Shown here piece after piece: positions 50,533 through 63,329 of a stretch of 64,000 nt of DNA. The position numbers and the translations under genes were made by a program. Position 1 is the stretch's first letter. Each line of letters opens with the position of its first letter. Under the pieces are notes generated by a model, which was given only the letters and a program-made list of their open reading frames with translations, searched no databases and was not told where the DNA came from. The DNA comes from Chara braunii (lineage: Eukaryota; Plantae; Charophyceae): contig BFEA01000024.1 of NCBI GenBank assembly GCA_003427395.1, positions 1,379,400 through 1,443,399 on the forward strand, in the 5' to 3' direction.

Positions 50533-52240
50533 TCAGGACCTATCCCTGATGGCTTTGGCGATATCCAGCAATGCAAAGCACGTCATCCTGTTCGCCTCAT
50601 TGGACGCCTCATAGTGCCACTGCTGGGCATCGACCTCGCGCTCGAGCATGCCGCACTCCCGCTCCAGAATGGAACACTGCCGCTTGCTTGCCCCCTTCAC
50701 GACGTCAACCATCAATGCGTCGTGCTTCTCCATGACTTTGGTGATGGCGTCGAACGTCTGCTGCCGCGTGTTTTTCCTCTTGCTGTTCCCTCCCATGCTG
50801 CCTGCACTGAAGCCGGACTCCGGCGCCGAGCCTCCATCGTTGTCGTTGCCATCACCCACATCTCCCCCGGCGGCAGATTTTCCAAGAACGGATGGCGCAC
50901 GTGGCATCTGCACTCCTCCGCGGGCGCTCGTGTCAGCCAGGTTGTCCGGGTAGGTCTTATTGCCCTTTGACATGTTTTCGATCTCAAGGTACACGCGCTC
51001 GTCCATTTGGAAGTTGAAGCCCTCTTCAGTTCTCAACGCAGGTGTTCAGTTGACGTTCTTCCCCCCGGAGGCGTTCTGGTATCGGTGCACCTTCTTGTAT
51101 TGCTGGAAGACGTTATCCCACTTCTTACCGATGTTGTCAGTCGTCCTGTTCACGCCCACCTCCACCGAACACTTATGCAGGTCCTGCAGCTTCCATTCCC
51201 TATTCCGCATCCGCCCTTAGTGTGCGGCATTCCATCAAAATGAGCTTGCTGATCCCGCTTTGCCCGGGCGAGTTAGAGCATCTCCTCAACACTCCATGCC
51301 GGACGTTTGCCACCCTTCTCACCTGCAGGACCCTTCGATCCACGACCAGCACAGGAAACGGCCTTATGTTGACGCCCGCCTTCGGCCCTTCCTCTACCAC
51401 GCATAGCCACGGGTCGAATCTCCAAGTCATCTGCGTCTTCCGCTTCATCTTCACAAAGAACATCTGAAGATTCATCACCACTCGCCCTGTAGGAGTCTTC
51501 AGCATCGCCGTCGCTTCCAACACGCATCCTCGACACCCCGCTCGTTATGTTCTCCGCTCTCAGTCAGCGCATCTGTTGCCGATAGGACTCCCACACCTCC
51601 CTGCCACTTTCTTCCGCTCTGGTGCTGCTTGTGTTCGCCACCACTACGGCCACCCTCTGTCGTGGTGCAGGCGAAGGCGTTGCCGAAGGAGGGGGCAACG
51701 TTGTCATCGCCATGTCACCAGATGATCCTGCGCCTCGAGAAAAGGAAGGCATCGGACGACACCCATCTGCGCTGCCACCCTGTGGACAAGACCTTCCACC
51801 AGGCGCCACCCCTTCCACCCTATGCACTGACGTTTGTCCGCGCTGACACCGGCCACAAGATTGAATGTATGAGTGTGTGTAACAGCTGCAGCAGTCCCGC
51901 TTGACAAGCCAAAATCCAAGTCCACAATCTCCATATTGCCTCCACCGATACCCTCCTCCAGCACTGAAGAGAACGACTGACGAATTGTCTCCACCTCCCC
52001 TTGTCTACAATGGCTCCCCATCCAGTCCTGCGTAGATCCGCTCCCAAGAGGCAACATGTGGGACAAATCCTCCACCCATTCCTCTTCCTGATCCGGCGGT
52101 AACGGCTGCTCGTGTGGTGGCAGATGACTGTACAACATCAGGTCAAACGCGGCTGTACGAGACGCCCTTCCCACTAGTTCTGGCGTGGAGAAGTCGATCG
52201 CACGTGCTTGCTGTCCGCTGGAGGTTTCCCGCCTGTCCAT
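50533..52240 (-). pseudogene. Harbinger-associated Myb/SANT (trihelix-like) DNA-binding protein pseudogene
   Basis: KRPAWSVEEML*LARAK...REWKLQDL...VGVNRTTDNIGKKWDNVFQQYKKV...FNFQMDERVY, with a helical C-terminus. Harbinger TIR lies upstream. Confidence 0.8.
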
Positions 52241-52716
52241 TGCCGTCTTCCCCACCGCTCGTCGTTTCCGTCTGCTGCCAGGACCCCACACAACGACACA
52301 GACATGCAACAAGACGACAAGGAGCAGGAGAAGAGTGGCCAGCAGCAAGAGCGGAACCCGCTGAAGGACGTCTTCCATGAATCACACCGGGCGAGGAGTG
52401 CAGCAAACAAAGCTCTCCCTCATGCGGCCATCAATAGCCAAAAATACATGCTGGCGGGGACTGCAGTCGGCCAATCGCGGCTCCTTCAGGCCATGCAACA
52501 TCTGCTGTCGGCGCTTGTTCCACAACGATCCATCAATCGCGGCTCCTTCAGTCCAAGGCACCTCACAAGGACCCCTACAATCCAAGGACGTTTTGGTTAG
52601 GGATTCTAAGGAATCTCAAGGAATTCTCTCCGGGAGGGCGGGGGGGGGGAGTCACATTTTTCCAAAGAATGTGGAGAAAAGTGCTGTGTAACAACGCAGA
52701 ATTCCTAAAAATCGGC

Positions 52717-52731
52717 TTTCCAAGGAGGGTC
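52717..52731. repeat. Harbinger terminal inverted repeat followed by TAA target
   Basis: TTTCCAAGGAGGGTC|TAA, same as 24943-24960. Confidence 0.75.
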
Positions 52732-53301
52732 TAACCCCAAAGTATGACAAGAGGAAAGCAATATACGCTTAGATTTCCAAAAGTGGTTGAAGATAACAGG
52801 GCAGATACACACTCAAAGCTCAACATACAATTGCAAAATCGTCAAAGAATAATCATTGATCCGTTTCACAATAAGTCGAGCCCCAGCTCATGGTCACTCC
52901 GCAGCTTCTTCATGGCATCCTCCCTTACACCCATAAGCCTGGGGTACAGTCCGATAAAAAAATACCGGTGATCCTAATCATAGTGTGCTTCACCCAGGTA
53001 AGAATTGCTACGGAAGGGGAAGTCTTTCAGTGCAACAGCACCGTTCGTTCCAGCCTTTCATCCCCCCAGTGTGCCATTTTTCCTCCGCTCTCGTATCTCC
53101 CCCTTTCCTTCATGGCTAAGAATCCCCACCCTTCCCCATCACATTGCCGCTCGCAACGCATGCAGTTGCTCCATTCGTTCCTCCACCATGTCCACTCTCC
53201 TTCCTTCATCCCCCTATTCCGAACTCTCCACGGTCTCAGCATCTCGGAACACTCAGATATGGCGGCTGCAGGGACAAATCTTGGACGGGGCTTGTATCCT
53301 C

Positions 53302-53438
53302 CTTGGATGTTCTTCACCGCTGGCAGGAGGGGTGTGGCTGCCCTAAAAGCTTTTTCGCTGTTGCCACTATCTTGGATGTTCTTCACCGCTGGCAGGAGGG
53401 GTGTGGCTGCCCTAAAAGCTTTTTCGCTGTTGCCACTA
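53302..53438 (+). repeat. Perfect 69-bp tandem duplication
   Basis: CTTGGATGTTCTTCACCGCTGG...GTTGCCACTA starts at 53302 and at 53371. Confidence 0.95.
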
Positions 53439-54585
53439 CCAGCTCATCGGAGAGATTTGAACACCTGCAATCACACACACATACATCCAACACGGAGGCA
53501 CACAGACAGACGAAGTCCAGACACACATGGCCACGAGGATAGTGTGCCGCTAGTTCCGCTGCTATCTCCTCTTCGGCATTGGGCGTAAGCCGCAGGTCCG
53601 CGTCTGCTCCAATCGAGAAGTCCCAGTCCACCATAGCAAACAGAGTATCGCCGGTCCGCTTCCACCGCAAGTTGCTCCACGGTTTGAATGTGCAGGCTCA
53701 ATCTCAAACACATGCATGCAAATGATGAGGCTGAAGAGGGTTTTATCATGAAATCGAAGCATCTGGTGTGTCGGTAGTATCATGGGAATTGCCATCAGGG
53801 GCGGGGGATCAGGGCAGTTCTTTCCAAAAGTTATACTGGGATCTCTGCTGAGAAAACTCCCGCTCTTCATTTCCCGAGGGGTGTCGTGCGGGCAGGTGAG
53901 TGGGTGTTCCCCCTTATTCACCTTTCCTCATTCCAGGTGCATCCACAGTGGTTCCCAAGTCGACTTGAGTGTTTCTTCTGCATACGACCCCGCCTGCTGC
54001 TCCCTGAGGGATGGTGTGCGGGTGGGTGAGTGGGTACTCCCCCTGTTCCCGTTTTCCTGCTCCAAACGCATTACAAATGGAAAAAGAGTCGGACCAGAGT
54101 TTTCTAGAAAAAGGATCGCAGCTGCTCCCTGCTTCCAAATCATCCCACTGTCCGAGGTGAGGGTTTCAAGTCTGCCTTGTTTGGTTGTGCGGTCCTTTCC
54201 TGGCTGGATGTCATTTCAGGTACCAGGTAGTCCCCCATGCTTCGGGTGGAAGGGCCCAAGGTGGGCTTTTCGACTCCGCCTTGTTTGCTCGTACGGTCCT
54301 TTCCTGGCTGGATGCCATTTCAGGTACTGGGTAGTCCCCCATGCTTCGGGTGGAAGGGGGCATGCTAGGGGACCCATGACCCAACGAAATGGAATAGAAA
54401 TAAGGGGGGGCAAAAGATGTAACGGGGGCAGAAGCAGAGCGAGAAAATGGGATCTCGACTTGGACCCAGTTCCTTGTCGCTGGGCTTATGTTTCAGTTCC
54501 TTTTTCCTCTCAGCTCCGTACCTGTCCTTCTTGGGGGATTTCTAGGACTTTCCATGCTGTTCTTGCTCCCTTGAATTACCTGTTT

Positions 54586-54647
<62 letters not shown>

Positions 54648-54719
54648 ATATTCGCTATACACTAAAAAAAAGCACGACTGTGCCAGACTGTTTTGTCAGA
54701 CTTTCACCAACTCATCAGG

Positions 54720-54781
<62 letters not shown>

Positions 54782-55159
54782 AGGGTTTGCTATTTCTTGA
54801 GGAGAGGTCACAGAAGCCATACTCTTGAGAAGGACAATTGTTAGTAACGGCCCAGACCGAACCTGTTATAGGTTCCAGTTTAGGGCATCGCTTCAAGCCA
54901 GACATGTTTCAGGACTGACTCAATTCCTAATGGAATAGCAGTACGAGCTACATTCTCAGCAGTACTTGAGCACCATAATTGGTTGGACGACGAAATCCTA
55001 TATGCGCTGACAACGTATCCATGTGCAGCAAGCCAGCCAAAACAAAGACCTTCACCTCAAACCAGTTGTCATCGACATTTCTAGGCATGGAAATACATTA
55101 AGACAAGGCCAAACCAAAACTTCCCCACCATGGCTGTCACCACCTTAACAGTGCAGACT

Positions 55160-55851
55160 ACCTCCAAATTACTATCTCCCTAATGACAGAGCCCCCTAAG
55201 CTAGTCCAGCATTCCACGCAGATTAGCATCCCAATGAACACAGACTTGCATTGCCACCAACCTCCAAATTATTATCTCCCTAATGATGGAGCCCCGTAAG
55301 CTAGACCAGCATTTCATGCAGATTAGCGCCCAAATGAACACAGACTTGTGTTGCCACCAAACTTCAACCTGTCTCAAAGCGTCCCGTACAGCCATGCAAC
55401 ACCAATCTCTCTCGTGCCCAGCATTCCATCCCGATTAGCATCCAAATGAACACAGGCTTGCATTGCCACGGGCTTCGTACAGCCATGCAACATGAATCTC
55501 TCTCTTGATAACTGATTATCCGAACCATGGGGTACAACCTCCACACCATTCCATCAACAAACTAGCCATGCCACGCCATGTTATAGCGTAAGTGACCTCG
55601 AAAGGATGCAACCAAACGGTGAGGTAAGCCTCAAATCAAGCTCTCTTGATAACTCACTATCAAATCCATTGGGTACAAACTCCGCAGCATTCCATCAATA
55701 AACTAGCCACGCTATGTTATCATAAGTCATCTAACTCGCGCCAGTTCAGCCGAAAGGACGAAAACAAACGCTGAGGTAATCGAGCATTCATGCGCCAGTT
55801 AGCCGAAAGGACGAAAACGAACGCTGAGGTAATCAAGCATTCATGCGCCAG
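55160..55851 (+). repeat. Cluster of imperfect tandem duplications (~100, ~140 and ~54 bp units)
   Basis: ACCTCCAAATTA..TCTCCCTAATGA x2; TCTCTTGATAACT...CATTCCATCAA x2; GCGCCAGTT.AGCCGAAAGGACGAAAAC x2. Confidence 0.85.
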
Positions 55852-56180
55852 TCCCATCCAGGGAATTCCCGGTATCGTTAGGGCTGCTGTTCCAATTCAT
55901 CAAGACCGTCCCAGTCCATCCAGATTCATCCCGGTCAGGTCCAGGACGTTTCAATCCCGTCCAGGCACATGCAGTCCAATCCAGCCCGTTCCCGACTTTA
56001 CTCAGGCCGCCCCGTTCCACCGGCCTCGTTCCAGCACACATCCCAACCGTCCCAATGAAGGCAATTAATCCAAAAGTCCCATACCCAGAGAGAACGAACA
56101 AAGAAAGAGGGAGAGAGCACCACATGCCAGTTGCGCTCTTCGTGCCAGGCTACAGATCGCCCATTGTACAAAATTCCCCA

Positions 56181-56311
56181 CCCTTTACTCCTTATCATTC
56201 CGAATAACACTTCCCCCCCCCCCCCGTCTTACCGCGGCTGCTGGCACGGAGTTGCCGGGGCTTCTTCTTCCGTTTCTATCATAATCTCACAACCAATGAA
56301 AGAGCCTTACG
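56181..56311 (-). pseudogene. rrn18: NUMT: fragment of plant-type mitochondrial SSU (18S) rRNA, 530-loop region
   Basis: Minus strand GAAGAAGCCCCGGC-AACTCCGTGCCAGCAGCCGCGGTAAGACGGGGGG..AAGTGTTATTCGGAATGA...GTAAAGGG. The TAAGAC-G(n)-AAGTGTT context is the streptophyte mitochondrial form. Confidence 0.85.
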
Positions 56312-59300
56312 AGAGAACCACGAACCCTGGTGGAGATATTTCCAGACGAATACAGTTGCGTTACGGCTACTGCCTTAGGCGGAAAGAAGGCGAGAAAAAG
56401 GACAAAAAGCTGCGAGCTAGTGACTACGGCTTCAGCGACGTAGCAGCACCTCGTCGAATGCCACCCGCACCGATCAAACAACCCATGCCACGCCTAGAAT
56501 AAGGATGTGCGTTTAACCACACAGTAGACTCGGAATTTTCTTCCCCAGAATGGGGCGTGGGCAATCAGAGAGAGAAAGAGAGAGGACAGATTGTGTCGTA
56601 GTCGGCCGGCACTTCCTTCCCGATATGACTTTCCTGATAGGGCAATGGCGCATGCCACTCCAGCATTTCTTCGAGGTACCTCCAGGAGGTGAGTTGAATC
56701 TTCGGGCGCTCCCGGCGGCGTTTCCATCGGCCGTTGGCAGGGCGCCCGCACATGGGATGATAATGCGAGAGCAAAGCGGAGGTTATGGCATCGATTGTGG
56801 AAGAAGAGAACGTCCACATTTCCAGGCAGCCGTGAAAAGAGACTCCCTCGTACGCTCCGCAAATAGAAAACTGCGCTCAGATGATAACGAGAAAACTACC
56901 TTCTACTCGGGAAAATGGTGCCAACCCTAGTACCCAGTCATACTCGTTTCGACACCAGCCAGAAAAGAAGAGAGAAGGGAAAGAAGGTAGCAGGAAAGGT
57001 AGATGCTCGAGTTCTATATTTATATTTAAAATTATAGGATCCATAATAATATTCCAGGATTTATTTAATTGCATGCGTTCAGAAACTCCATCAATGCTAC
57101 GCCTCGCTGCTCCTGACTCAGTGTCGTCCAGGCGTCGCGGACCAACCACTATAGCAGGTGCGTTTTCAAAACATGCCATAAAAAACGGGGACTTGTTTTC
57201 AGTCATTGCAAAACGTGCACGCGTTTGTCGCCTGTGGGGAGATACATATCCCCCGCCCGTAAAGGTAAAAATGGTGAGGTAGTACCCGTGGTGACAATTT
57301 GGGTGGGGTGGGGGTGGGTGGGGGGGGAAAAGATGATTCACATTGCCAATCAGTTTTGCACGAATGAAATGCCAAATCTCCAGCCTACAAAGACGACAAC
57401 TACGGCTTCAAACACGCCACCCATTAGGGAACAAAATTGGAAAATACATTTTGGATAAACGAATAAGATTCATATTCATTTTCGGTTGACTCCATTCGGC
57501 CGGCAAGAGTACCCCCACCTAAAAGAACCACATCAGCATCCTCGAAAGTAGCCCGTCATCCCAATTTCAGGACAAGTCAAAGCAGACTACACAGCGACAA
57601 TTTCAATACACTACACCATATCATCTCCCCACATCCTCCGCTTCAAAACCGCCGCCGTCTCACACACACACACACACACACACGCACACACACACACACA
57701 CACACGCACACACACACACACATACACACGCACACACACACACACACATACACACACACACACACACACGTCCCGCCTCCCACATACAGACAAACGCTGC
57801 TGCCTTTATGACAAAGAGAACCGGCCGGCCCTACTTTCCCCTTAACAAACTCTGCCGTGCAGTTCTTCGTCTCCACTCTTTTCGTTCTACGAAGCTCCTA
57901 CGGACGAACGTTCTCAAAATACATGCCTACACAAATCTGCAGTCGACTCGCTAAGCCCGTGCTGCACACCCCATCCATCCCCCCTTCTTGTCTTCTCTTC
58001 GCGTCTGTCTCCTTCCTGGCTCTTGATATCGCGCTTCTGCCGAAATGGAAATGTACATGTCAATAATTGTAGGTTCCTCCTCGGTGGCACCCCAACATCG
58101 CATCAAATAGCATAATAAAATACTGCTGAGCTGTTTCCCAGACCAGGAGACTAGCAATGCAATGGTCTACTGGCCCAATTTAGAACGAACGATACGGTGC
58201 ATTCGGGTTCCCTTCTTGTCCGATCTTAAGCGCCTCACTCTCCCGACCCTTCTTGTCCGATCTTAAACGCCTCACTCTCCCGACCTGCCAGACAAGGCAA
58301 TGCGCAGCTAATCAACGGCACAGCCCCACATCCCTTCTATTGCGACGGAGCACGCCGGCCACTTCTCCATCCTGGACGGACGAGAGACTGTGAAAGACGT
58401 GAAGAAACACAACACTCACAAGCAAGTATTAAATGGCTAGACGAGCCAACGATCGAACGAAGCAGTGCTCCTGCCTTCCACATCGAGTAATCTTCGCGGA
58501 GACCCCTCCTCGCCTTCTTCGTTATCCATATGGGCGTCAGCTTCTGAACGTTTATGCCAAAACAGGCGAAGACAAGCAGCCAACCACAACGGACTGATTA
58601 CAGCCTTAGCAGAGAAAACCCTAAGGACCTGGAACGCGAGCGCCATCCTCATCACATCCACATTACTCGACCAAACACGACGGTTTGATTACCGGCTTAG
58701 CAGAGAAACCCTAAGGACCTGGACAGCCAGCGCCATCCTCATCGCATCGGCTCGGAACCTCCCCTCGTCTTTCCTGTTTTGAGATCCCGCCAACGTGCCG
58801 TTCGTGCTCTCCCGCTGTCGTCGACGGACAGTGGCCGATATTCCCGTCGCTCCGTTCGGAAAGGGGATCACAAACCACCATCCCATGTTTTGTAATTTGT
58901 CCCTCTCAAAGTCTCCTCTCCGCCATCTTCATCACCACGTTCAGAACCTCATTTTGGCATCCTCAGCTCTCGGTAGAGTTAGTTACAAGGCTTAACGTGC
59001 ACACGTGTTTCCCCCCACTGTCCCCTAGTGAGTGACGATCAAAATGCTCAAGTTGGATGCCCTAGAGAAAGTCGAAATAAAACACGTACCGTCCACGATG
59101 CGTATCCCATCCTCCTTTCCCTCCTGAGTACAAGAAGCCAGAAAAGAAGCACGAAGATCCATCACCGCATGCATACACTACGCGTCCGTATGTCCAGCGA
59201 AAAGGCAATTGCATCGCTGCAGTCGTGATCATACCCAACGATAGCCAGCACGCAAATGTATGTATACCCGCCGTCGGCACCAATGTCAGGATCTCGCACA

Positions 59301-59465
59301 TATGGCTGGTGTATTTATTTAGCAATTAAGGTCGCCGTGCGAAGGACTTTCCCATCTACCCACTGTGCAATGCCCCGCCCTGCCATGGGTCAGCAAGTTG
59401 CTGCTCATCGAGCGACGTACGACGCCAAGTAAGTCTGCGAGCCGAGCACTGATTGACTGATTTGG

Positions 59466-59508
<43 letters not shown>

Positions 59509-59936
59509 GTGACAATCGACGACAAGAAATGAGAGATGGAAGTAGGAACCCGGTGCGAATTCATTGCGAGAGAGGGAGAGCAACTTGCTTCCTCTCTGTA
59601 ACTCGAAGGAAAAAGCCAACGAGAAGAAACAGAATAATACAGTAAAAAGTTTTCAAAGCGAACACAAAAGCGAGTAAGGAAAAAGAATGAACACACCAGA
59701 CAATGCAAGTACTCGCTGCTGCTGCTGCTGCTCCTGCTTGATGCAGAGGGTGTGTACATTTCACTCTCCTCCTTCCTAGGAACCGACCAAGTTAACCCTT
59801 TGATAGCTAACCCGACACTCTACCGACCAACCACCAATCACGTTAATCAAGCCATCCATCCATCCACCCATCACTCGCACCCAACCATTTAGCAGTCAAC
59901 GAACGGCCTAGTTGGTCAACCTCTGAACTACTATGA

Positions 59937-62649
59937 CTAGAACCTTTCTCCGAACCTGACAAACAGTGCTCCTGTGCCTGCATTACAATCCCTGGCGTAT
60001 TCGGCGCGCACTGCACCGAGCTTAACACCGCACCCCCACGACGCCCCGCTTCCAACCCTCCGGAAGAATTCGGTCGGGTTCCCCCTGACATCCTTGGAGC
60101 TATTCAAATCTGTCCCGTACTCGTAAAACCCGTACACGTGCTTTCCCATGATTGGATATCGCAGCTCAGCCGCGAGCTCAAGGAAGCGCCTGCACGCGGC
60201 CAGTTCGCCCACGTTGTACCCGCGCACAGAGTACGGCCCCCCGAGCGTGAAGACGTCGTAGCTGGCCAGATCTCCGACACACCCTCCATATCTACCGTGC
60301 AGAACGGCCACGGGAGGCAGCTCGTTGGAATTCGGCTCCACTTCCTTCAACTGGATGAACCGCGTGATGGTCATCTGATGCCTGTTGAAGAACGGGAAGC
60401 GGCTGCCAATCCCAACCCCCTGATCCAGTTGGTAGATCTCTCTGCCGCCCACCGGGGTCCCGTTGACGAACTTCGTATTGTCGCGAGTGACATTCGCTTG
60501 CAAGAAGGCCACGCGATCGACTCCCGTGTCCGACAGCGTGGTGGGTGGTCCGTCGACGGTCATGGCTCCGCTCGGAAGGGCCCTGCTTCCGTGGGTGCAG
60601 ATGGCGCTCGACTCGTCCCTCGTCGTCACCTCCTCCATCACCATACCGTACGTCACTCTGCTCTGTCTGGTGTAATGCTCCGTCAGCGTCAGCTTCGCCC
60701 CCGTCCGGTCCACCCAAACCGCAGGCACCTCCTCCAAACTCGGCCCTCCAGTAAAAACCGCGCTCAGCTTGCGACTGTTGAACCCGCTGATTCGCAGCGT
60801 GGTTCTCGCCGGATCATCGTCGCCGTACACGTAAGGATGCAGGTACTCGACCTTAAACCCCAGGTCGTCCTGCGGATTAAATAGGTTGCTCGTGCTGACG
60901 CTCCCATAGATAGAACGATTCTCGCCCGCGATGTTCCTGTGTTCGAAGAAGACGCTCCCGCCGGGCTGAATGCTCGCGAGCGCCGGCCGACCACTCTCCC
61001 CCGGCGCAATGCTCCACTCCGTTTCCACCTCCGCCGTCTTCATCTGCCTCTCCTTCACGACTATGTCAACGACGACCGACCCTTCTTCGCTCTCGTCCGG
61101 CTTCGGTACGACCTGCACGTTTTCAAACAACTGCAGCATGAACACGTCCCTCAGCGCTTTCCTGCCATCCTCGATGTTATACATTTCTCCGCGCTGCATC
61201 CCTTCGGGCAGCTCCCTCTCGACCACGTGCCATTTGGTCGAGCCCGGCTGCGGAGCCGGGTTGCCGACCGCATCCGTGAACACCATTCTCACCTTCGAGA
61301 TGTACCCTTCCTGAATCTTCGCAACCAACTCGCCTGTGTCCATGCCGTCGAAAACGACCACCTGGGCGAAAACAAACCCTTTGTCGTGGTACCACTTCTC
61401 AACCTGCTGCTTCAGCTTCGACAGAGTGCGCACCGTGCAGACCTTGTCGTTCTTTATCTCCTTCCATATCTGTCTCCTGAGCTCCTTGGGGAAATGCGGC
61501 GCGTCCATGAGCTTCAGGCTGCGCAGGCGCGGCCACCTCTTCTCCCTGTAGCCGTACTGAACGCGCAGGCCCCCTTGCGACCCCACCTGCACCTCCGCAT
61601 CGACGCTCACGAACAGCCCAGTGTCAATGAGGCTCTGGAGGTCCTCATTTACTCCATCCTTGGTGAAAAGCCCGCCAGACCTGATCTGCACGTGATTGTA
61701 CAACTCATCTGTCTTGGGAATAACTTGCTTGGTCAGCAGGTCAACAAGCACCACCTCCTCCGCCGAGTACCGTTTGCTCTCCTGCAACTTGTCCCAGGGG
61801 ATCGTTTTCTGAATGCGCTGGAACTGATCGGAGGCGCCCTTCTGAGTGGCCCCGCCAGCATCCGCGCCCTCGTCGCCCTCTCTGGCTTCCCCCTCTCCGC
61901 CCTCGTCTTCATCTTTGTCTTCCTCGTCTTCAGACTCCGATACCGCGTCGTCTTCCACTTCAGCGAACGCGATACCCCTGTCGAATCGAAGGAACCCCTC
62001 GCCGCCCCCCCCCCAATTCCCCCCCCCCCCCCCCCCCCCCTCCCCCCCCCCCCCCCCCGCTTCCGCCCCCCCCCCCACCCTCTCCGCTCAACAAGGATCT
62101 TCCGCCGCCCTTCACCACAACTAGCCTCGTGGCTAGCCCGGCCGCCGCACCCACAACGCCTAAAGTTACTCTCTTCAGCAGCCGCCACCGCTCGTGCTCG
62201 TTCCCCAACGCTTGCTGCAACACCTGCACATTCTTCAACCGCTCGCTTGATCCTGCCGCAGCCGCTGCGGCCTCCGTCAGTACCACATTGGCAGGGGAAA
62301 GCGTTGCGTTCCTCTCCCAGCGCCCGCCGCTGCCATCCAACCTCAGGCTGGTCTCTCTGCGGCTGCCGTTCGACTTACTGCCACTGCAAGCACCCGCCCC
62401 AGTGGCACCTCCACCGCTGGTTACTCGGCGGTAATTGTAGTTGTGAAGGGTCAAGATGGGAGCGCCGCTCGGCCCCTCGCGAGCGAGCTGCAATCCCGCA
62501 CATCCTCCAAACGAGGCTACAGCATGCGAGGAGGACCGTTCGGAGAACCCGAGATGCGCTTCGCTGAGCGCATGAGAACAAGTGTGTGACGACGCGAGGG
62601 AGACGCCCGACCTGTGAGCCAGCTGCGCAGCTCCCACCGCCGCAGCCAT
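59937..62649 (-). CDS. TOC75: Toc75, chloroplast outer-envelope protein-import channel (Omp85 family: POTRA domains plus beta-barrel), ~900 aa, apparent frameshift in the poly-Gly tract
   Basis: WYHDKGFVFAQVV.F, YNIEDGRKAL, PGGSVFFEHRNI, FNSRKLS.VFTGGP, GPPTTLSDTG.D, FTLGGPYSVRGYN.GEL, C-terminal GALFVRFGERF. Ser/Ala-rich transit peptide from ATG 62649, hydrophobic stretch, poly-Gly, AFA-E site. Confidence 0.95.
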
Positions 62650-63329
62650 GGTCGAAAATCCTACTACCTCGCCCGCCACCAGAGAGAAAGGCTCGCCAAA
62701 TCAGCCAGATTCAGGATGGTCGACGTGGATAAGCCAATGGAGAAAAGCAACTCAGGGACGAACGCACAGGAGTTCCTTTCGGGCACACACGGAGGTTCTC
62801 AGCGCCCCTCCTTCCAGTCGATCACGAACGACACGGCGATGGGACGGCAGCGGCTGGCGGCGGGCAGACTGCTCACATCTAGCGCGGGGAGAGGCAGGTG
62901 ACGACGCAGGGCAGGAGAAGCCGCGAAACAAGGCAAGGTGGGGGCCCGGGGCGGGGGGGGCGGCGCGTGGCGAGGCTGGGCCAGGACGAGGAGCACGCAA
63001 GGTCCGTTCATCGCCGCTCGCCGTGGCGCAGTCGACGTCCGGAAGCAACATGGGTACCGGTCCGGGTAGGACGACACCGTCTCCGCTCGTCAGGCCCGAA
63101 GACAGCCACTAAAGCCGTGCCGCCAGTCCACTTCATGTTGAAAGAGACTCCCACCTGTGTGAACAGGCACACCCACCGTGTGAAAATCCTGCCCTCGACA
63201 GTCTCAAATGCATCCCTCGCGGTGTGCGGGTACAAGAATTGACTTACCGTGAGGGCACGTGTGCGCAGCCCGGAATTTGTTTGTTGATGTGGTTGGGGTA
63301 GGGTAATTCACTGTTTTTTCGCGTTTTTT

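Noticed and set aside
52890-54828. 232-aa and 348-aa ORFs
   Set aside because: No recognisable motifs; they run through duplications and (GT)n tracts.
56181-56311. Real rRNA gene or bacterial contamination
   Set aside because: Only ~130 bp, degenerate, mitochondrial-type context, flanked by non-rRNA sequence.
60138-62567. 248-aa and 542-aa plus-strand ORFs
   Set aside because: Antisense shadows of the GC-rich TOC75 CDS, with no independent motifs.
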